Assembly (NCBI GenBank): GCA_963727505.1 | Contig: CAVSGP010000009.1 | Span: 352,001 to 416,000 of the forward strand | DNA: 64,000 bases | Reading direction: 5' to 3' | From: an uncultured Trueperaceae bacterium | Lineage (GTDB): Bacteria > Deinococcota > Deinococci > Deinococcales > Trueperaceae | Part shown: one piece after another, positions 36,716-45,944 of the stretch | Layout of the letters: every line of letters starts with the position of its first letter | Numbering within the stretch: position 1 is the stretch's first letter | Notes under the pieces: model-generated | The model's input: only the letters and a program-made list of their open reading frames with translations | Database searches by the model: none | Told to the model about the DNA's origin: nothing | Made by a program: the position numbers and the translations under genes

Positions 36716-39007
36716 GTGGCGCGGGACCGGGACGAGAGCTTCCATGCCCTGTTGACGGGGCTCGAGAGCTACGAGGATCAGGTCGCCTCGTACGCCTTCT
36801 ATCCGCCGCGTAGCGGGCGCACCGCGGTCGACGACAGCGGTCGCTATGCGGCGCGGCTCGCAACGCTCGGGTTGAAGCCGTACCTGCATCAAGCACGCGC
36901 CCTGGCCCTCGTGGAGGCACGGCACAACGTGGTGGTGGCGACGCCGACGGCATCGGGGAAGTCGCTGGTGTACCAGCTCCCCACGCTGGAAGCTGCCGCG
37001 GAGGGCGGCACCAGCCTGTACCTGTATCCGACCAAGGCGCTGGCGCACGACCAGCTGGGCCGCCTCCGGACCATGGCGGAGCGTCTCGGACTCGAGCTCG
37101 GCGGGCGCAGCATCGCCACCTACGACGGCGATACGCCGTCCTCGATCCGGGCGGGGGTGCGCGACGACGTGGGCTGCGCGCTGACCAATCCCGACATGCT
37201 GCACTACGGCGTCTTGCCCTACCACGCGCGCTGGGCGCGCTTCCTGGGGAGGCTCGACACCATCGTGCTCGACGAGCTGCACAGCTACCGCGGCGTACTC
37301 GGCACTCACGTCGCCAACATCGTGCGGCGCTTGCTGAGGATCGCCCGGCACTACGGAGCGGCGCCGCGACTGATCGCGGCCAGCGCCACCATCGGCAACC
37401 CGCTCGACCACGCGACGGCGCTGAGTGGCGAGCCGTTCGAGCTCATCGAGGAGGACGACGCCCCGCGCGGCGCCCGCGAGTTCATCCTGTGGCGCCCGGC
37501 ACAGGTCGGCGGTGGGCCCGGCGCGGCCACGAGACGCCGCAGCGCCACGACCGAAGCGGCGGAGTTGGCGGCTGCTTTCGTGCGGCGCGACGTCAAGAGC
37601 ATCTTCTTCTGCAACTCCCGCAAGGTCGCCGAGCTGCTGCGGCGCTACGCCAGCGGCCACCTCCGCGGTGAAGAGGTGCCGCTGCTCCAGAGCTACCGCG
37701 CCGGCTACAGTCCCGAGGACCGACGTCTGATCGAGCAGGGCTTCAAGCGCGGCGACATCCGGGTGCTGACGGCCACTAGCGCGCTGGAGCTGGGGATGGA
37801 CATCGGCGGTGTGGACGCCGTGGTGCTGGTGGGCTACCCGGGTTCGAAGATGGCGCTGTGGCAACGCTCCGGTCGAGCGGGGCGCGAGGGACGCCGCGCC
37901 CTGACGCTGCTGATCCCGGGCAACGATCCGCTCGACGAGTACTACCTCCACCATCCCGACCTGCTCACCGAGGGGCGGATCGAGGACGCCGTCGCCGATC
38001 CGTTCAACAGCGAGCTCCACCCACTCCATGTCGCCTGCGCGGCGGCCGAGCGCCCGCTGCGCGACGATGAGCGCGGCGTGGTCGATCCGTCGCTCGAGCT
38101 GGCGAGCGTGACGGGGCTGCACCGCATCGAGGGTGGCTGGACCCACATGGGGCGCTATCCCCATCGGCGGGTGCGCATCCGTGGCAGCGGCGACCGCATG
38201 GTCCGTCTCAAGGACGCCACCGGGCACTCCCTGGGCACCGCCGACCTGGCCACCGCGCTGCGCGAGCTGCACCCGGGCGCGGTCTACCTGCACCAGGGCG
38301 AGCCCTACCTGGTCGTCCGGCTCGACCTGGACCGGGGCCTGGCGGAGCTGCTCCCGCACATCGAGGACTACTACACACAGCCCCGGTCCGAGACCGATAT
38401 CGAAGTGTTGCCGGGCGTCGCGGACCGCGTCGAGCGCGTCGAGGCCCCAGGCGACATCCGGGTGGGCCGCGTGCGCGTCAGCACCGCGATCACGAGTTTC
38501 GTGCGCAAGCGCTACCTGTCCGGGCAAGTCCTCGAAGAACGCGCGCTCGATCTCCCGGAGCTGAGCTATCCGACGCAGGCGCTGTGGTTCAGCGCCCGCG
38601 CGGTCGAGGACGCGGTCCGTCCCGACGAGCTCCCGGGAGCGTTGCACGCGCTCGAGCACACCCTCATCGGGCTGCTGCCCGCCTTCGTGCTGTGTGAACG
38701 CGCCGACGTCGGTGGTGTGTCCTACCCGCTCTATCCTCCCACCGGGGAGAGCACCGTATTCATCTACGACGGTTACCCCGGCGGCGTGGGCTACGCCCGG
38801 GCAGGGGCCTCCCAGTTCGTTGCCTGGCTGACCGCCGCGCGTGACCTGCTCCGGGACTGCCCGTGCGAGAGCGGCTGCCCCCGTTGCGTGCTGTCGCCGA
38901 AGTGCGGGAACGGCAACCAGTTCCTTGACAAGGGCGCTGCGCGGAAGCTTGCCGACGCGCTGCTGTTGCGCCTGCAGGTCTCCGCCGCGATCCCCGCTCA
39001 GGCCTGA
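36716..39007 (+). CDS. SF2 helicase with C-terminal DUF1998 (MrfA/SftH/Hrq1-like)
   Basis: TPTASGKS, YPTKALAHDQ, LDELH, SATIGNP, SALELGMDIG, QRSGRAGR, CPCESGCPRC. Confidence 0.92.
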   Translation: MARDRDESFHALLTGLESYEDQVASYAFYPPRSGRTAVDDSGRYAARLATLGLKPYLHQARALALVEARHNVVVATPTASGKSLVYQLPTLEAAAEGGTSLYLYPTKALAHDQLGRLRTMAERLGLELGGRSIATYDGDTPSSIRAGVRDDVGCALTNPDMLHYGVLPYHARWARFLGRLDTIVLDELHSYRGVLGTHVANIVRRLLRIARHYGAAPRLIAASATIGNPLDHATALSGEPFELIEEDDAPRGAREFILWRPAQVGGGPGAATRRRSATTEAAELAAAFVRRDVKSIFFCNSRKVAELLRRYASGHLRGEEVPLLQSYRAGYSPEDRRLIEQGFKRGDIRVLTATSALELGMDIGGVDAVVLVGYPGSKMALWQRSGRAGREGRRALTLLIPGNDPLDEYYLHHPDLLTEGRIEDAVADPFNSELHPLHVACAAAERPLRDDERGVVDPSLELASVTGLHRIEGGWTHMGRYPHRRVRIRGSGDRMVRLKDATGHSLGTADLATALRELHPGAVYLHQGEPYLVVRLDLDRGLAELLPHIEDYYTQPRSETDIEVLPGVADRVERVEAPGDIRVGRVRVSTAITSFVRKRYLSGQVLEERALDLPELSYPTQALWFSARAVEDAVRPDELPGALHALEHTLIGLLPAFVLCERADVGGVSYPLYPPTGESTVFIYDGYPGGVGYARAGASQFVAWLTAARDLLRDCPCESGCPRCVLSPKCGNGNQFLDKGAARKLADALLLRLQVSAAIPAQA

Positions 39008-39068
39008 TGGACCGGCCCGCCCTCCGGCGGCCTCCGGGACGCGGCGGCGCGTGCTAGACTTCGCAGCC

Positions 39069-39956
39069 GTGCGGGTCGGATTCGTCACTCAACTGCTGTG
39101 GTCGCGTTACGGCGCTCTCTGGATGCGCCTGGTGCGCGATGCCGGCGCCGAGGGTCGGGTCGCCGGCGCCGACGGTGTCCGGGAGGCGCTGCGCGATCCC
39201 CGACTGGCGGCCGTCACGCCGATCGTCTTCCGGCTGGCGGCGGCGCAGGCCGTGGCGCTGGGGGACGCCGATGTACTGCTGGTGCCGGACCTGCACGCCG
39301 GTACTCGCGGCGACGACGCCGTTGCCGGACGCCTCGCGCGTGGCGCCGGCGCCGACCCCTGGATCGCCGACTTCCCGGACGCGCTGAGGACGGCGATCGC
39401 CGGTCTGCCCCCGCTGGTGTCGGTGCCCGCCTCGCTCGGCCCGGGCATCGAGGGAACGGTCGTCACTGCACTGCAGAACCTGCTTCACGACGCGCATGCC
39501 GTACGCCGCATCTGGGCGCGGCGTCGGGCCGAAGCGCGACCGCCGCGGCCGCGGCCGCCTCGGTGGACGCTGGTCCCCGGTGAGCGGCGGACGGTTGGCC
39601 TCCTCGGCCAGCCCTGGCTCCTCAGTGACGGGCTTGCCGAGCTTGCGGCAGACGAGGGAGACCACGTCGTGGCCCAGCATCGCCTCGATCCGGTGCAGCT
39701 CCGCGAGGAGGCCTCGCGCCTCGACGAGAGGCTGGCGCCGACCGATGCCGAGGTGCTGGGGGCAGCCCGGTTGTTCGACCGGCGCGGCGGCGTGAGCCAG
39801 GTGCGCTTCCTGGCCGACCGCGGCTCGGGCGCCGATGCCTGGCTGGCGGACCGGCTGCGTGCGCTGCTCCGCAAGCCGCTCGAGGTTCGTTATCTCCAGG
39901 ACGTCCTGGGGGACGCCGATCCGGTCGACACGCTGTTGGTGACGCCGGTAGACTGA
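39069..39956 (+). CDS. Hypothetical protein (possibly acyl-CoA dehydratase activase-related)
   Basis: Coding-like ORF (RYGALW, GAGADPWIADFP, VGLLGQPWL); TAGACT -10 box 8 nt upstream of GTG; family call weak. Confidence 0.6.
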   Translation: MRVGFVTQLLWSRYGALWMRLVRDAGAEGRVAGADGVREALRDPRLAAVTPIVFRLAAAQAVALGDADVLLVPDLHAGTRGDDAVAGRLARGAGADPWIADFPDALRTAIAGLPPLVSVPASLGPGIEGTVVTALQNLLHDAHAVRRIWARRRAEARPPRPRPPRWTLVPGERRTVGLLGQPWLLSDGLAELAADEGDHVVAQHRLDPVQLREEASRLDERLAPTDAEVLGAARLFDRRGGVSQVRFLADRGSGADAWLADRLRALLRKPLEVRYLQDVLGDADPVDTLLVTPVD

Positions 39957-39959
39957 CCC

Positions 39960-40277
39960 GTGGCGGTCCTCCTGATGGTCGTCGTGCTCGGTGTGGTCGC
40001 CGTCAACGCCTTCGGTGCGTGGGCGGTGAGCCGTCGCAAGCCGCGCGTGGCGCGGCTGTTCCTGCTGAGCGCGGTGGTCCTCGTGGTGGCTGCGGTTGCC
40101 CTGGGGTACGGGCTGCGCTTCGCCTCCTGGATCCTCGCGGTCGGTCTCGCCCTGACCTGGCTCACTTCCTACCTCAACGCGCGCTGGGTGCTCGGTCGGG
40201 TGGTGTGGCGCTTCCACGCCCTGCGGGCGGTCGCGATGGTGGCCCTACTGGTCCTCGCCGTCGCCGTCTTGCGTTGA
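39960..40277 (+). CDS. Small 4-TM hypothetical membrane protein
   Basis: Hydrophobic 105-aa ORF 3 nt after the previous gene. Confidence 0.65.
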   Translation: MAVLLMVVVLGVVAVNAFGAWAVSRRKPRVARLFLLSAVVLVVAAVALGYGLRFASWILAVGLALTWLTSYLNARWVLGRVVWRFHALRAVAMVALLVLAVAVLR

Positions 40278-40308
40278 ACGGGCGCACGGTCCCGCGTGCG
40301 GCGGCGCC

Positions 40309-41499
40309 TCAGAACGCGCTGGTGCCCGTGATCTCCCGGCCCAGCACCAGCGTGTGCACCGTGTCCGTGCCCTCGTACGTGGCCACCGTCTCGAGGTTCA
40401 GCATGTGACGGATGCTGGCGTACTCGGTCGTGATGCCGTTGCCGCCCAGCAGGTCGCGGGCCGCTCGCGCCACGGCCAGCGCCGTGCGGACGTTGTCGCG
40501 CTTGGCGAGCGAGACCCGCGACGGGCGATCGCCCCCCTGCTCCTTGAGACGCCCCAGCCGGTAGGCCAGCAGACTCCCCTTGGTGATGCCCGCCAGCATG
40601 TCGGCCAGTCGCTCCTGCACGATCTGCTTGGCGGCGAGTGGCTCGCCGAAGCTGGGGCGGTCTGCGACGTAGGCGGTCGCCTCGTCGAAGCACGCCTGCG
40701 CCGCGCCGAGCACACCGTAGGCGATCCCGAAACGGGCCTGGTTGAGGCAACTCAGCGCGCCCTTCAGGCCGGTCACCTCGAGCTTGTCGGTGGCCGGCAC
40801 GACGACGTCGTCGAAGTAGAGCTCAGACGTCACGGAGGCACGCATGGAGGCCTTGGTCTTGATGTCGAGTGCCTGGAAGCCCTCGGCCGTGGTGTCCACG
40901 GCGAACCCGAGGATCTCCCCGGAGTCCTCGTCGCGCGCCCATACGACGGCCACCTGCGCCCGCGAGCCGTTGGTGATCCAGCGCTTCACGCCGTTGAGGA
41001 CGTATTCGTCGCCGACCTTGCGCACGCGCGTGCGCATCGCGCCGGGATCGCTCCCCGCGTCCGGCTCGGTGAGCCCGAAGCAGCCGACAGCCTCGCCGCT
41101 AGCGAGCGGCGGCAGCCAACGCTTGCGTAGCGCCTCGGACCCGTAACGGTGGATGGGGTACATCACGAGGCTCGATTGCACGCTGACGAACGAACGCATG
41201 CCCGAGTCGGCGTACTCGAGCTCGCGGTTGATGAGGCCGTAGGCCGTGTAGGAGGCCTCCGAGCCGCCGTAGCTCTCGGGTAGCGTGACGCCCAGCATGC
41301 CGAGCTCTCCGAAGCGGCGGGGAAGATCGGTGGGGAAGGCGTCCTCCCGCCACCAGTCGGCGACGTTGGGAACGATCTCGCTTCGGATGAAGTCCCGGAC
41401 GCTGTCCCGGATCATGCGCTCTTCAGGGCTGTAGAGCGCGTCGAGATCGTAGAAATCTTCCAGAGACACGGCCGAGGCCGACGTAGCGCGGGTGGTCAT
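40309..41499 (-). CDS. Acyl-CoA dehydrogenase, glutaryl-CoA dehydrogenase-like
   Basis: DSGMRSFVSVQSSLVM, GCFGLTEPDAGSDP, KRWITN, LGGNGI, TYEGT; SD GGAGG. Confidence 0.92.
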   Translation of the reverse strand: MTTRATSASAVSLEDFYDLDALYSPEERMIRDSVRDFIRSEIVPNVADWWREDAFPTDLPRRFGELGMLGVTLPESYGGSEASYTAYGLINRELEYADSGMRSFVSVQSSLVMYPIHRYGSEALRKRWLPPLASGEAVGCFGLTEPDAGSDPGAMRTRVRKVGDEYVLNGVKRWITNGSRAQVAVVWARDEDSGEILGFAVDTTAEGFQALDIKTKASMRASVTSELYFDDVVVPATDKLEVTGLKGALSCLNQARFGIAYGVLGAAQACFDEATAYVADRPSFGEPLAAKQIVQERLADMLAGITKGSLLAYRLGRLKEQGGDRPSRVSLAKRDNVRTALAVARAARDLLGGNGITTEYASIRHMLNLETVATYEGTDTVHTLVLGREITGTSAF

Positions 41500-41534
41500 C
41501 GTTCCTCCAGGTCGGGGTGTCAGGCGGTGGCCGC

Positions 41535-41777
41535 TCAGCCGTCGCCGAAAAGCTTCTTGAGGGCGTCTTCCTTGCTGGTACGTTGCACGACAGCGTAGCG
41601 GGTGCCTTCGAGGCTGAGACGTCCCTGGTCGACCAGGGACGTCAGGGACGACTCGATGGTGTCGACGGCCAGCTCTTCGAAGTGCCTCTCGTCGATGGAG
41701 CGCTGCACCTCGCGGAGCGTCGCACCCTTCACGCCCGACAACTCCACGGCCTCGAATACCCAATCGTCCACCGTCAT
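41535..41777 (-). CDS. Small hypothetical protein (winged-helix-like)
   Basis: 80 aa, GATLREVQR...IESSLTSLVDQGRL; TACACT 5 nt before ATG. Confidence 0.65.
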   Translation of the reverse strand: MTVDDWVFEAVELSGVKGATLREVQRSIDERHFEELAVDTIESSLTSLVDQGRLSLEGTRYAVVQRTSKEDALKKLFGDG

Positions 41778-41845
41778 GCGTCAGTGTACGCCGCTGCGCC
41801 GCCCTCTCCCCGGGCATCCCGGGGGGAGGTACGTAAACAGGTCGC

Positions 41846-42856
41846 TCAGCGGTAGATGCTGCCCTGGGGGCCGTCGTCCTCCGCGCTCCGGTAGGCCTCT
41901 ACCGTACCGCCGGAGACTTCGCCCCACGCGGCGTCGTCGTCCATGTGGATGACCTTGACGGGACAGGCGCGCACGCAGGCGTCGCAGTCGACGCAGCGCT
42001 CGGGTTCGAGACGAAGGACCGGCCGACCGCCGTCGTCGGGCTCGAAGTCTCGAGAGAAGGCGTCGGTGGGGCACACGCGCGTGCAGACGGGGCACATGAT
42101 GCAGCCGTCGTCGACCCGTGGCAGGCGCCACGGCACGCGGTCCTCGGGTTGCGGACGCGCGAGCTCGAGCACCCGGTAGCGTCGCGTGAGCTCGCGCGGC
42201 AGCGGTGTGGGCTCGTCGGGATCGTCCGGCACCCGAAGCAGAGTCTCCAGCGGGGCCAGCGCCCCCGCCGCCGAGCGCCGCACGTTGCGCAGGCCTCCCG
42301 TCAGCAGGGCACGGCGGCTGACGCCTGCCGGTGCCCGGTCCTGCTCGAGGCTGTCACGCTGCTCCACCCGCACGGTGATGGTCCGGTCGTGCTGAGCGAC
42401 CAGCGCCTTGGCGTCGTCCACCGCGGCGGCCAGACCCTCCAGGATCTTCGGGACGCCGATCGGGCAGTCGGCGCAGTCGCCGTGCGCCAGCGTCACGTCG
42501 CCGTGCCGGGCCGCGAGGCGCACGACATCGGTCGCCTGCAGGCGACCGAGGCAGAGCACGCTCTGCGCGCTCCCCTCGACCTGCGAACAGCGTAGCGACG
42601 TTCCCGGCTCGTAGCTCACGCGCGGCTCGAGCGCCTGCGAAGGGCATACCTGCACGCACAACCCGCACCCCGTGCAGTCCACCGGGTCGATCTCCACCTC
42701 GCGCCCCAGCTTCACGGCGTAGTGCGGACACGCGGCGACGCACGCGTGGCAGGCGGTGCTCGACTGCGTGACGGCGATGCATCGGTCCGCGCTGTAGCTG
42801 GGCGCCACGTTGGTGGCCTTCAGCACGAAATTGAGGAGGTCGTCGAACCCCGGCAT
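41846..42856 (-). CDS. Multi-[4Fe-4S] ferredoxin-like protein
   Basis: CHACVAACP, CTGCGLCVQVCP, CIMCPVCTRVCP, CVDCDACVRACP. Confidence 0.88.
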   Translation of the reverse strand: MPGFDDLLNFVLKATNVAPSYSADRCIAVTQSSTACHACVAACPHYAVKLGREVEIDPVDCTGCGLCVQVCPSQALEPRVSYEPGTSLRCSQVEGSAQSVLCLGRLQATDVVRLAARHGDVTLAHGDCADCPIGVPKILEGLAAAVDDAKALVAQHDRTITVRVEQRDSLEQDRAPAGVSRRALLTGGLRNVRRSAAGALAPLETLLRVPDDPDEPTPLPRELTRRYRVLELARPQPEDRVPWRLPRVDDGCIMCPVCTRVCPTDAFSRDFEPDDGGRPVLRLEPERCVDCDACVRACPVKVIHMDDDAAWGEVSGGTVEAYRSAEDDGPQGSIYR

Positions 42857-42868
42857 CCGAAAGGCCTC

Positions 42869-43969
42869 CTAGAAACCGTACACTTCGTGTCGCTTCTCGG
42901 AGAGTTTGCTGTGGTAGCCCGTGTCCTCCAAGTAGCGGTCGAAGGTCTCGAAATCCACCTGCTGCTTCTGGTCCGACAGCGCCACCGCCGGGTTGGGGTG
43001 CACCTCGATCATGATGCCGTCGGCCCCGATCGCCAGGCCCGCCTTGGTCAGCGGCACCAGCAGGTCGCGCCGGCCGCCCGAGTGCGTGACGTCGACCAGC
43101 ACCGGCAGGTGGGTCTCGAGCTTGGCCAGGGCGACGGCCGACACGTCCAGCGTGTTGCGCGTGTAGCGCTCGAAGGTGCGGATGCCGCGCTCGCACAGCA
43201 CCACATTGGGGTTGCCCTCGTTGAGCAGGTACTCGGCGGCCATCACCCACTCCTCGACCGTGGCCGAGAGGCCGCGCTTGAGCAACACCGGCTTGCGGCT
43301 GCGCCCCGCGGCCTTCAGGAGCGTGAAGTTCTGCATGTTGCGGGCGCCGATCTGCAGCATGTCAACGTAGTCCTCGAACATCGGCAGATGCTCGGCGTCC
43401 ATGATCTCGCTCACGAACGCGAGACCGTGACGGTCACAGGCCTGGCGCGCGAGGCGAAGCCCCTCCTCGCCCAGGCCCTGGAAGCTGTAGGGGTCGGTGC
43501 GGGGCTTGAAGGCGCCGCCGCGGAACAGGCTCACGCCCTGCGCTGCCACGTGCGCCGCAACGGCCTCCACCTGCGCGGCCGACTCGACGGCGCACGGGCC
43601 GGCGATCAGCACGGGAGAGTGCTTGCCGCCGATCGGTACGTCGCCGACCCGTACGACCGTGTCGCCATCGTGGGCGCGGCGCGAGGTGAGGTAGTGCCGC
43701 TTCTCCTGCGTCTCCTCGAGCTGCATGCTCGCCTGGAACACTTGCTTGAACAGGCTCTTGACGGCGGCGTCGGAGAACGGACCTTCGTTGGCCGCGGTGA
43801 GAGCTTCGAGCATCTCCTGCTCGCGCACCGGGTCGTAGTGCGACAGCCCCATGGCGCTCTGCAGCTCACCGATGTCCTCGGCGAGCGCGGCGCGCTGCGA
43901 CAGAAGGTCCAGGATCCTCAGGTTGAGATCGTCAATTCGGGCTCGTAGGCTCTGGATCTTCCCGTCCAT
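42869..43969 (-). CDS. Bifunctional chorismate mutase / DAHP synthase
   Basis: N-terminal AroQ-like LRARIDDLN...DPVRE; IAGPCAVES, FKPRT, QIGARNMQN, LKRG, CERGIR. Confidence 0.93.
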   Translation of the reverse strand: MDGKIQSLRARIDDLNLRILDLLSQRAALAEDIGELQSAMGLSHYDPVREQEMLEALTAANEGPFSDAAVKSLFKQVFQASMQLEETQEKRHYLTSRRAHDGDTVVRVGDVPIGGKHSPVLIAGPCAVESAAQVEAVAAHVAAQGVSLFRGGAFKPRTDPYSFQGLGEEGLRLARQACDRHGLAFVSEIMDAEHLPMFEDYVDMLQIGARNMQNFTLLKAAGRSRKPVLLKRGLSATVEEWVMAAEYLLNEGNPNVVLCERGIRTFERYTRNTLDVSAVALAKLETHLPVLVDVTHSGGRRDLLVPLTKAGLAIGADGIMIEVHPNPAVALSDQKQQVDFETFDRYLEDTGYHSKLSEKRHEVYGF

Positions 43970-44666
43970 ACCCCATCCTACGCTGCGAGAAGTGCACCAC
44001 CCAGATCGTGAGCTCGTACAGCACGATGAGCGGAACCGCGACCAGGGAGAGGTTGAAGGGATCGCCGGTGGGGGTGATCACGGCGGCGAACACCAGCCCG
44101 ATGACGATGGCGTAGCGCCGGTTCTGCGAAAGCGGCCGCGAGCGCAGCACTCCGATACGCGCCAGCAGGTAGCCCAGCACCGGCATCTCGAACATGAGCC
44201 CGAAAACCCCCATCAGCATCAGGATGGTGGAGATGTAGCGGCCGATCGACAGCAGGCCGGTGGCGACCGACCCCAGGAAGCCCAGCAGGATCGGGATGGT
44301 GATGGGCAGCACCACGTAGTAGGCGAAGCCCACGCCGCACAGGAACGCCACCACCGCGAAGAAGATGAAGGGGACGGCGTAGCGGCGCTCCTGCCGGTAG
44401 AGGCCCGGGGCGATGAAGCCCCATATCTGGCCCAGGATGACGGGGAAGGCGATCACGAGCCCGAAGAAGCTGGCGATCTGCATCGAGACCGTGAACGGCT
44501 CGAGCACGCCGAAGTAACTGAGCGTGGTGTTGCCGGGCAGCGGGTTCTTGAGCCAGGTCAGCACCTGGAAGCGGAACACGAACGCCACGCCCGAGCCGAC
44601 GATCCAGGCGGCGAACGTGATCAGGAGCCGCGTGCGGAGCTCCTCGAAGTGTTCGATCAGCGTCAC
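43932..44666 (-). CDS. tatC: Twin-arginine translocase TatC
   Basis: LIEHFEELRTRL, FIAPGLY..ER, FEMP, AAVITP.GDP, LYE. Confidence 0.95.
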   Translation of the reverse strand: MTLIEHFEELRTRLLITFAAWIVGSGVAFVFRFQVLTWLKNPLPGNTTLSYFGVLEPFTVSMQIASFFGLVIAFPVILGQIWGFIAPGLYRQERRYAVPFIFFAVVAFLCGVGFAYYVVLPITIPILLGFLGSVATGLLSIGRYISTILMLMGVFGLMFEMPVLGYLLARIGVLRSRPLSQNRRYAIVIGLVFAAVITPTGDPFNLSLVAVPLIVLYELTIWVVHFSQRRMGYGREDPEPTSPN

Positions 44667-44739
44667 AGGGATGTTGGAACCCAGAAAGACCCGCGGCCGC
44701 GCGCTTCACGCTCGCGGCCGTCATCGGGTGGGTGCGGGT

Positions 44740-45087
44740 TCAGGCGCCCTTCGGCTTGGTGTCGCCGTCCTCGGTGGACGCGGCGGTCACGGGGGCGACC
44801 TCCGGCTCCTTGGCTTCGGGCGCAGGGGCCGCAGGCGCGCTCGTGTTGGCCGGCTCGGCCTGCGCGGCGCCTTCCTGGGCGGCTGCCTTCGAAGGCTTGC
44901 TCTGCGGGTCCGGATCGTTCGCCTCGGACTCGAAGTCCTCCTTCATGTCCTTGACGCCTTTTCGGAACTCGCGGACGGACTGGCCGAGGCCCTTCGCCAT
45001 CTCCGGCAGCCTGCGAGGCCCGAAGATCAGGAGAACGACCAACAAGATGATCAATAGCTCGGGAACGCCCAGCGACCCTATTCTCAT
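44740..45087 (-). CDS. tatA: Twin-arginine translocase TatA/E
   Basis: LGVPELLIILLVVLLIFGPRRLPEMAKGLGQSVREFRK; SD GGAGG. Confidence 0.93.
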   Translation of the reverse strand: MRIGSLGVPELLIILLVVLLIFGPRRLPEMAKGLGQSVREFRKGVKDMKEDFESEANDPDPQSKPSKAAAQEGAAQAEPANTSAPAAPAPEAKEPEVAPVTAASTEDGDTKPKGA

Positions 45088-45288
45088 GCGATTGCCTCCA
45101 TCACGGGTAGCGTAGCATTGGTGGCCTTCGCACAAGGTGGTTTGGCGCGACGCTTGGCGTGCGCGGCGGTCATGGTCGCGCACGGTCCTCCGGACGCCGC
45201 CTCGCGGCCCGCAGCAGGCGCTGCGGGGTCGCCTGCCAGGGCGGCCCGGCCGCGCCGTTAGCAGCGTCACGAACGGCAATTTCTACCG

Positions 45289-45318
45289 TTGACAAGGGAA
45301 AATCGCGCGTGCTAACTT
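45289..45318 (+). promoter_or_regulatory. Sigma70-type promoter of the tRNA-tuf operon
   Basis: TTGACA-18 nt-TAACTT with an extended TG. Confidence 0.7.
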
Positions 45319-45394
45319 AGGCATTCGGACGTCAGCCCGGGCCCGGTCGGATCGGGAACGGAGCGCGTCGGTGAGGCCGTTCGAAACGCGGCGC

Positions 45395-45470
45395 GCCACC
45401 CTAGCTCAACCGGTAGAGCATCCGACTTGTAATCGGAAGGTTGTCGGTTCGACTCCGATGGGTGGCTCCA
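45395..45470 (+). tRNA. tRNA-Thr(TGT)
   Basis: GCCACCC/GGGTGGC acceptor stem, anticodon loop CTTGTAA, GGTTCGACT, CCA. Confidence 0.97.
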
Positions 45471-45497
45471 CGACGCGGGCCTCGGCGTCCACGGTGC

Positions 45498-45583
45498 GGG
45501 TAGGTGCCCGAGTGGTTAAAGGGGACGGACTGTAAATCCGTTGGCTTTCGCCTACGCTGGTTCGAATCCAGCCCTGCCCACCA
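45498..45583 (+). tRNA. tRNA-Tyr(GTA)
   Basis: Anticodon loop CTGTAAA, long variable arm, GGTTCGAATCC, CCA. Confidence 0.97.
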
Positions 45584-45641
45584 GGTGCGCGGTCGTCGCG
45601 GTCGCGCCGCCCGAGAGGGCGCGCCCGGTTTCGGGCGATTT

Positions 45642-45717
<76 letters not shown>

Positions 45718-45791
45718 AGCACGGTCCCGCGTGCAGGCACGCCGCACGCGTCGGCACGCCGGGACCGGGCGATCGACGGGGTCGAAGGCGG

Positions 45792-45866
<75 letters not shown>

Positions 45867-45944
45867 AAGCGCGACCCCGAAGTCGAGTCGAGTCGCGCCT
45901 GCGGTGAGCAGGCCGGCTCGTTTCGGCTGGGAAAGGATAGAGCC

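Noticed and set aside
36716..39007. DISARM or Druantia defence system
   Set aside because: No methylase, DrmA/C/D or other defence partners are nearby, and the context is housekeeping.
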